Virus record (IMG/VR): IMGVR_UViG_3300034155_000028
Source: an uncultured virus (IMG/VR IMGVR_UViG_3300034155_000028)
Taxonomy: Duplodnaviria; Heunggongvirae; Uroviricota; Caudoviricetes
Length of the DNA: 64,000 nucleotides
Direction: 5' to 3' (one strand)
Made by a program: the position numbers and the translations under genes. The notes under the pieces were generated by a model. It saw only the letters and a program-made list of their open reading frames with translations. It was not told the origin of the DNA and ran no database searches. Shown here piece by piece: positions 56,628-64,000 of the stretch; the first letter of the stretch is position 1, and every line of letters starts with the position of its first letter.

Positions 56628-57977
56628 TTATGTTTCCCCAAGATGTCATCTAATCTACCCAAAGATGTTATAGTTATTGCTACAACTATAGATAAAATAA
56701 CCAATATTAATATTACAAATACCTTTACCATGCTTTTTCTATGTACCCATCATCTCATACCCAGCATAGCTTGTCAATCTCTTTTTAAAGAAACTTACTC
56801 AACGCAGTCAAAACCTCTTGTAATTCTACTTGTTTGGGTTTTGTAAGCGTTGACCCATGATTATTAGCCACCTCAACAATCATATTCCTTGCCCAACGCA
56901 TTGCGTGATTAATAATCTCTTCTCGTGTTTCTTGGTTCATATTTTACCAATTTATAACCACTTGATCTTCATCAGTAATTACTTTATATCCAAAAGATAC
57001 AAAATATGACGCAAGCAAATCACAACCATCTGCTCCATATTCTGAACGAATTTTTCTTATTTCGTTTTCATATATCACTAATTGAAACTCACCAAGCTTT
57101 GCAGCTTTTTGAATTCTGTCTGCTATATCTACTCTACAATTTGGCATTGTCTCTGCCAGTTTTCTAGCTTCTTTCGCGGTTATCATTTTCTTTTTCCCTT
57201 ACCAACTAATATGTACCAAATATTTCCCAGACTTAATCTTCCCATCGCGACATAACCCATCCAAAATTGTTCGTAACATATATTGTTTGGTTTTTCCATT
57301 TTGAAAATCTAACCAGTTACGAACTTCCCCCAGATACATAGTATCCCCATCTACATCAAATTCTTTATGTATATCATTATTATATTCTTCTTGACAAACA
57401 ATATCATATGTTTGTCCAGTTTCTTCTTTAATAAACTGTTCCAAATCACTATAATATACCGATATAACAGTTTGCTCTGTACACTTTAACATTAATCACT
57501 TCCTTCTAGCAAATCTTTTATTGTTTCTATTTGTGGTTTTATTTTCCACTTCCCATGTTTTACATCTAGCTTAAATTCTTTTCCAGAACAATTTCGACAT
57601 TGGAGTCGTAGTGGTAATCCTGGGTGTTTTTCCTTCCATTTTTTCCATGTCTTTTCCCAAAGCCTTCTGGAAGATTCGCTTCCCTCTACTACTACATCTT
57701 GAAATAATTCTTCTTTTGTGTAGTATATTTTACTGTGATGTGGTTTAGTTACCATTTTTCTACCTATGGATTCGCTATTGGTATATTATTGTTTTTATCA
57801 CTATAACTAGTTAACCATATAGCAGTAAATCCAATTTTGTTTATTGCTCTACATTCTTTGTTTTGATGATTTCTAGACTTTACACAACGCAACCGCTCTC
57901 CAGTTTTACTATCTATAAAACAATGTGTACACCTATTTTTATCTCCAAGTATTGGATAATCTCCAGTATAAACCATG

Positions 57978-58379
57978 TTATTCCTTATTATCGCAATATT
58001 CGAAAGTTACACGCTCGCTGTAACATCCGTTAGATGTTCCCAACCATCTAATTGTCACGCTTCCTTTAATTGAAGAAAATTTATAAAATGTCCATGTGTA
58101 AGAGTCAATATCTACATTAAATCTTTTAGACTCTAATAGTTCAGAATTATCAATATTAGTAACTTCTTCAGCTACCAATAAAGGATATGCAATTAAATCT
58201 TCTATATCTCCAATAATTTCTTCTACTTGTACTTTTTCACAACAACTTTGTTCATGGTAAAAATCAGCACTGGTTCCATCTGTAAATTTCAAACTTATAA
58301 TATCACTATATTGTTCCGCTCCAGAAATTTCTTTTATTGTCTTACCCAAAATATCTGTTAATATATTAATTTCTGTCAT
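57978..58379 (-). CDS. Hypothetical phage protein
   Basis: FYHEQSCCE.V..EEI.GD, WTFYKF..IKG.VTIRWLG.SNG.YSE. Confidence 0.7.
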   Translation of the reverse strand: MTEINILTDILGKTIKEISGAEQYSDIISLKFTDGTSADFYHEQSCCEKVQVEEIIGDIEDLIAYPLLVAEEVTNIDNSELLESKRFNVDIDSYTWTFYKFSSIKGSVTIRWLGTSNGCYSERVTFEYCDNKE

Positions 58380-60542
58380 TGTTATTGTTTTAATTGAATT
58401 GTTTTTACCAAAGAATCTTTATTCTTGGGTTAAAATTACCTGTGAGCCAGTAGGTATTTTACTCCAATCCCCTGCAATAAAAGTTCCTTTATCCATAGGG
58501 TTTATAACCATACCAATTGTTAAAGATGGATAATCTTCAGCTATTAAAACAATTCCAGTTTCGTATGATGTACATAAAACAATTACATCAGCATCTACAG
58601 TCGTTAATTGATAAAGACCAGGAAAATCAGGTGGTGGAATAATAATTTTAGATTTCATGTTTTACTCATAATGCTTTTGACTTCTAGGAAGATATCGGAA
58701 ACCTTTCCCAATATATTTTTCTATATTATATTCTCCATGATAATTTGAACCAATAAACATTCCAACTTTATCATGAAAGATTCCAGAATTATCATATTGC
58801 TCTTTCGTAATAGTTGTTGGCATTATTACATGCATTACTTTATCGTAAAGAAATATTCCAAGCGCTGTTATAATGAAATATTTATCTGTTCCATTGTAAT
58901 ATATTTCACCAGTTGCTTTGCTTAATTGATCTTTATACATTATATCTTTACCAAAGAATTAATCTACTTCCCACCCATCCTCTAACATCTCTTCATATGT
59001 TTTGTATTCGTCTACGTCTACCCCAATTAATTGTTCCCATAATGGAATCAATCTGTTTATATCAAACATATTCTTCAAATATATCTTACTACCCTCTCCT
59101 TCTACCAAAAAACCAGATTTGGGAAACATCCCTACCGGCTTCTTTCTATTTACTATTGGTAGTATCGCTATGTTTGGCCAACTGTCCGGATTAGATATAA
59201 ATTCTAAATCTTGCCTCTGTTGCTCATTTAACATTTTAATCATCTACCTTTTCTAAATTTCGTATATCTACTATCTTCGCTTCCCCCATCGGCTCATCTA
59301 GTAATACATAATATTTGTTAAGATATAATATATCAAATGTTCTATCATTCCCATCTTCAGGATTAATAAATTTTGCTTTATCTCCTACTTTCATATTTTA
59401 CCTCAAAAATTCTACAAACTCACCTGCATAATAATATACATCCGAAAACCCATTTGCATGCCCCATCTCCCACACCTTAAAAAACAACAGCTCTGCCTTC
59501 GGATGTCCTACAATACCAAGTTCAATAAATAAATCACGCTTGAACTCTTCCATCAATCTATTGCAATCTTCATAATATGCTTTGTGAACAACAGGATCAT
59601 GCTTCGCAAATGCATGCGGTAGCTTTGTTGTATAGTATTTGTTTTGAATCTTTTCACTTATATTTGACATTTTAATTACTCCCAGGAAATCACCAACAAA
59701 AAATCAGCGGTACTTGTTTTATCAGATTGATATGAGGCTTTAAAATTTCTATCGTTTAATATCTCCATAATCTTTAAACCCAACATATAATTTGAAAACG
59801 GAACCGCAACTTTATTTAAAGCATTGTCTTTGGCTAAATTTATTAGAGTATAAATATAAACCAAATACTGATGTATATTTAACATTTTAAATATATTCCC
59901 ATGAAATTATCATTAACCAATCATTATCAATTGACCCAATACTTACACCTACACCAGAACTTTCTAATTTTTCTTGAATGTCTAATGCTAAGGTATAATT
60001 TGGAACTATGTGTACAAACCTGTTAGTATTATGATCTCTAGCTAGTTTGGCCTGCTTAGCAATATAAACCAAATGTTGATGTATATCTAACATTTTAAGT
60101 ATATTCTTTTATCAGTTTAATAATTATTAATGCTGCAAAAACATTTATAAAACTAAGCGTTGGCAACACTGAAAAACTAGACACCAAACAATGATTCCAA
60201 AGATATTGGATAACTATAGATAGCCCCGCAATCTGTGTTAAAAACCACACAATAACTTTAATAAGTTCTATTGAGGAAAGAATTAGTATCTTAATCCCCT
60301 CTTTAGCTTTTGTTGCTAGACTTGATTCGTGTTGGTTACGATAATTATACATTGAACTATTTTCTTTATATTAAAATTGTTTTTACCAAAGAATATGTTT
60401 TATTCTACCTTGTCACATGAACATTTCGGCTCTTTATCGTTTGGATCAAGCCATGCATAATCCCCACATTCAGGACAATCCCACCATACCCAATCGGCTG
60501 GAATAGTATAAACATCCGGATCTGGATATCTTGTCAAATCAT

Positions 60543-61037
60543 TCATGTTAATATATCTTTTGCTTGATTAAATAATTGCTGTGTCGTAAAACCTATATTC
60601 CAATCCGTCTTTACCAAAAAAGTTTTTACTTTATCCATGTCATCTCGGTCATCTATTATTACAAATTTATCTATTTCTAACCATGTGCTCTCTAACCATA
60701 CCAATATTTCTCTTCCCCGTGGCCCCTCTATCTCCGGTGTCTTTCCGATTATTCCTACCTCTAATCCATGGAATTTTAACAAATCCTCTATATCACCAAT
60801 CGTATCATATCTCCGCCAATCAGAACTTAATACTATTTGAGAATTTGTCTCCTTCGCCAACCTATTAATTAACCCTACCGCTATTGGGTTTATACTCCTT
60901 ATCGTCCTTAATCTCCACTTCCATTTAGTATCATTAAGGAACCTTTTCTCTTCCTCACTTGCCGGTGATAAATCTATCTCATGTCCCTCTAATACTATTA
61001 CTCCATCTATATCTAAAAATATAATGTTAAGAGTCAT
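60543..61037 (-). CDS. HAD-superfamily phosphatase (RNA-repair-associated HAD type)
   Basis: IFLDIDGV, IVLSSDWR, RGREI..W, FVIIDD. Confidence 0.82.
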   Translation of the reverse strand: MTLNIIFLDIDGVIVLEGHEIDLSPASEEEKRFLNDTKWKWRLRTIRSINPIAVGLINRLAKETNSQIVLSSDWRRYDTIGDIEDLLKFHGLEVGIIGKTPEIEGPRGREILVWLESTWLEIDKFVIIDDRDDMDKVKTFLVKTDWNIGFTTQQLFNQAKDILT

Positions 61038-62159
61038 AATGCCTATTTTTATTTAAATAATATTTTATCGCTCACCATTTATTCGAAATGGATTATTTGC
61101 CGGTTTACCATCGTAGTCAGGGCCAACCCAGGTATGATCCCAGATGTAAGCTAAATGTCTGTACCAGGTTTCTTGATTTAAAAACCCGCAATATCCACAA
61201 TAATCTTCGTTACCATGTTTACAAATACCAATACTCGATGATTTAAATCTCCAATTCGCGAAATCCTTTACCTCTTTCATATAAAACTTCTTTCGTTTTT
61301 TTTAGGTGTGTATATATCCCCGATTCTCCCCTTTATATTCTACCCCATGATACATATCATTTCTCCAAAAATAAAAATGATCCATTCCATTCTTCAATAT
61401 CCCTATCAACTCTTCCAATACTACCTCATGCTGTCTTCCATATCTTCGTAAACTTTCAAGAATTGTTTCAGGAATGTTTCCAGTTCCATCACAAGCTGGA
61501 CATGGTGTAGATTTTACAAATTCTCCACCGTTACATCTAGGACATTTATAATTTTTCATTTTGTTATCCAGGGCAACCAAATAGGACTTAAACACCAACT
61601 AATTAATGTTCCCATTAATAGTGAATTGCAATTAAGAATTATTTGCCACTTAAGATTTTTCCAAGGAGGGTTTTCCACGTGGTGTGTTTCTTTCCAGTAT
61701 AATTGCTACAGCCGCCAATTCAAATATATCTGTTCCCGGTGTTCTTATAAAATAATTCTCTATCCTTGCTACCTTAGAACTTACCTCTATCTCTGGTATA
61801 AATACAGACTCCCCTACCCTCGGTATCAACAATAATGTTGTCGTTATCTCTGTCTCTTGTTGATACTCCTTATCAAAATATCTTATGTATGCTTTCATTT
61901 TTACCCCACTTTAAATATTATTCCTCTTTAATTTCTAATCTTCCCATTATTACCATCTGTTCTGCCCCATATACCTTTTGTTCCCCACAACTCTCACACT
62001 CATATTTCTCAGCATCAGGTTCACAATTATCCCTTACCTCCCCACATCCTAAACATATTCCTTGATATGATTCACTCAAAGAGTCATATTCTTCCTGTGT
62101 TACTATAAACTTATTCTTCTCTATTCCCTTAGCTGTTTTATATGTTTTAATTTCCATGA

Positions 62160-62486
62160 TTATGTTGTTACCAAAGAATTTGTTTTATTTACAAGTTGTT
62201 CGTATTGCTCTGGAGTTAACTGAACTCCATGTACAATATATAAAAAACTTTCTCCGTAGCTAATCCCTATACAATACTCACAATTAAAACAATCATTGCA
62301 ATCTATACAACCTATACAAGCTAGGCAATTAGTACAATCTTTACAAAACTCACATCTATTGCAATTGTTACAATTTCTACAACATTTACACAAATGGCAA
62401 TTATGATTTCCATTTGGACTCATATCAACTATAGGTAGTTTCGAAAACTCTTCCGGCGTTAGCTTTAACAATTCTTCTGGTGTCAT
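62160..62486 (-). CDS. Cys-rich CxxC-repeat protein
   Basis: A long run of Cys every third residue; ends NSLVTT, which is encoded by the dispersed motif. Confidence 0.65.
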   Translation of the reverse strand: MTPEELLKLTPEEFSKLPIVDMSPNGNHNCHLCKCCRNCNNCNRCEFCKDCTNCLACIGCIDCNDCFNCEYCIGISYGESFLYIVHGVQLTPEQYEQLVNKTNSLVTT

Positions 62487-62508
62487 CTTATTTATCCTTT
62501 TCTACCTG

Positions 62509-62588
62509 TGCGTCTAGTAGGACTCGAACCTACGACTGCTTGATTCACTAGCTTCTGTCAAGAACTCTTCCGTCTGAGTTATAGACGC
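62509..62588 (-). tRNA. tRNA-like gene with an expanded 14-nt anticodon loop (identity undetermined)
   Basis: Perfect acceptor GCGTCTA/TAGACGC, D arm ACTC/GAGT, stem CTTGA/TCAAG, T arm GTAGG-TTCGAGT-CCTAC. Confidence 0.75.
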
Positions 62589-63040
62589 ATTGTTATTTAA
62601 GAAACCTTAAGTGTCTTCAAACTTATTTGTGCTTCTTTTTGTCCCTGTCGAGCCAGAATTAAAGCAACTTGATGTATATTCGATATGTCTTCCTCTGATA
62701 AGTTTTCTATTGCCGATATTTCTTCTTTCGTTGGCTCTGTTAGGCACCTGCAATTAAGAAAGTCTCTACCCCAGCCCTTACCATTAAAGTAACAAAATAC
62801 CTCCGCTCCAGATGGATGCTTTATCCAAAATGAATCTGTTGTCGCCCCGTAAACTATAATATTCATTTCTTAATCCCTACCCCAGTCTTAACATCCTCTT
62901 TCCATTCCATACTGGAAAATAAAAACGCCAACCCAAACCCCATCAAAAACCACACCAACTTTATCCTGTATTCTCTTTGTATTGACATAATTATTTATCC
63001 CTTAAACAAGTCCCCATATGCCAATCACATATGCTTATTA

Positions 63041-63430
63041 TCATCTGCCAATATTCCTTGCAAATCTTTCGTGGCCTTCCCCATCTTCAACTATTCCAAT
63101 CAGTGCCTCTCCCATCCAAACACCAGCCCCCAAATCCCAATTATTCAATTGCCCCGATATCCAAAATCCATCATCCTTCTCATCTAAAAAGAGAATGGTT
63201 GCCTTTTCTTTTTCTCCACCATCTCCCCTAATAATTATAACCTCTTCCCCCTCTATCGGCTCCCCAAACTCTGGCTCTTGACAGTTGTGGTTTTCCATCA
63301 ATGTATCACCACATACCGTTGCCGTTGTCGATATTCCATCTCCTATACACGTTGAACTGCAATTAATTACCCTCTCTGCATTGCAACCCATCAATATAAC
63401 CGCTATCAATATATTTATATACTTTGTCAT
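63041..63430 (-). CDS. Putative lipoprotein
   Basis: ILIAVILMGC lipobox-like. Confidence 0.55.
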   Translation of the reverse strand: MTKYINILIAVILMGCNAERVINCSSTCIGDGISTTATVCGDTLMENHNCQEPEFGEPIEGEEVIIIRGDGGEKEKATILFLDEKDDGFWISGQLNNWDLGAGVWMGEALIGIVEDGEGHERFARNIGR

Positions 63431-64000
63431 TTGTTTATCCCTTTTGTTTCCGTTTCATCATTTCTCTATATTGTGTTCTAAGCTCTTTATACTGCTTAAT
63501 TAAGTCTAGTTCTTCTTTTGTAAATATTATAGCTTCTTTTATAAAATATTTATTTAACCTTCTTATATCTTCTTTGTGATGATACTTTAAATTAATTTGG
63601 GTAATTGGATCGGGATGTGTGTTTTGATTTTCCGGTATCCATTGCCTCTTTAATTCTTCATACGTTGTCACAATCCCATACTCATCTACATCTACCGCCC
63701 CAGCTGCCACTAACTCAGATATTTTATTCTCTAACTCTGTATCGTCTTTTTGGTCAGATATTGCCTCCCTCACCAACGCCAAACCCTTTCCCCAAAGTGG
63801 TGATACCTCCTCTATCATCATATGACACAATTGTCCAACTTCTAAATCTCGGAACTTTGCCACATCCTCTGCTGTAACTTCATGTATATAAATTACACCA
63901 GTTTGCTTTTCTTCAGGTATATTATTCCAAAACTCTTCCACATACTCTAAACATCCATGAAAACTAATCTTCATCTTAATACCCAATATTGTTGCTCTTC

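Larger units (their letters stand above)
355..62177. repeat. Dispersed motif TTACCAAAGA(AT), at least 27 copies in both orientations
   Basis: Plus copies start at 355, 3066, 6135, 10984, 12908, 18049, 30409, 33639, 36680, 45803, 45958, 50745, 58405, 58948, 60383, 62168. Reverse copies (TCTTTGGTAA) start at 2090, 10005, 18341, 19634, 25290, 39624, 40405, 48222, 50827, 53885, 54879. Confidence 0.95.
1..64000 (-). other. Large (jumbo-type) phage genome segment, accessory/early gene region
   Basis: More than 100 short co-oriented, tightly abutting ORFs, mostly hypothetical; scattered tRNAs; phage-typical families (gp17-like, DenV-like, HAD, Trp-repeat); no cellular housekeeping operons. No capsid or terminase gene in the window, so this is an inference. 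Confidence 0.85.

Noticed and set aside
355..62177. Dispersed motif as a CRISPR array or integron attC array
   Set aside because: Too short, irregular kb-scale spacing, both orientations, no palindromic attC structure, and no cas or integrase gene in the window
1..64000. Plus-strand ORFs in the track (e.g. 15653..16378, 48065..48577, 26830..27210)
   Set aside because: They are antisense shadows of minus-strand genes, with no recognisable motifs and biased composition

Overview
This is an AT-rich window (about 30% GC by eye) of densely packed, mostly short ORFs, essentially all on the minus strand. It reads as the accessory or early region of a large (jumbo-type) phage genome, although no structural genes lie in the window. 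Recognisable products are a bacterial-type PARG (TIGR02452), a STELLO-like glycosyltransferase, DHH, metallo- and HAD phosphoesterases, a short FtsK ATPase, Ku, two radical SAM proteins, an SNF2 helicase with a class-3-type intein, IF-1, a Zn deaminase, a DenV-like glycosylase, a P22 gp17-like protein and five Trp-repeat paralogues. There are three apparently canonical tRNAs and two aberrant tRNA-like genes. The main signals are: (1) a set of OMEGA/IS200-IS605 parts, namely an intact IsrB-like nuclease with its omegaRNA splitting a gene, a second stand-alone omegaRNA copy with compensatory base changes whose guide position is a tRNA 5' end, and a TnpB-type non-autonomous element; (2) a 10-14 bp motif, TTACCAAAGA(AT), present at least 27 times in both orientations, mostly at gene junctions, including a 29-bp direct-repeat-bracketed mini gene and a 20-bp inverted pair; (3) a tRNA with a 14-nt anticodon loop and an acceptor plus T-arm-only mini-tRNA. 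All family calls come from motif recognition by eye; no searches were run.
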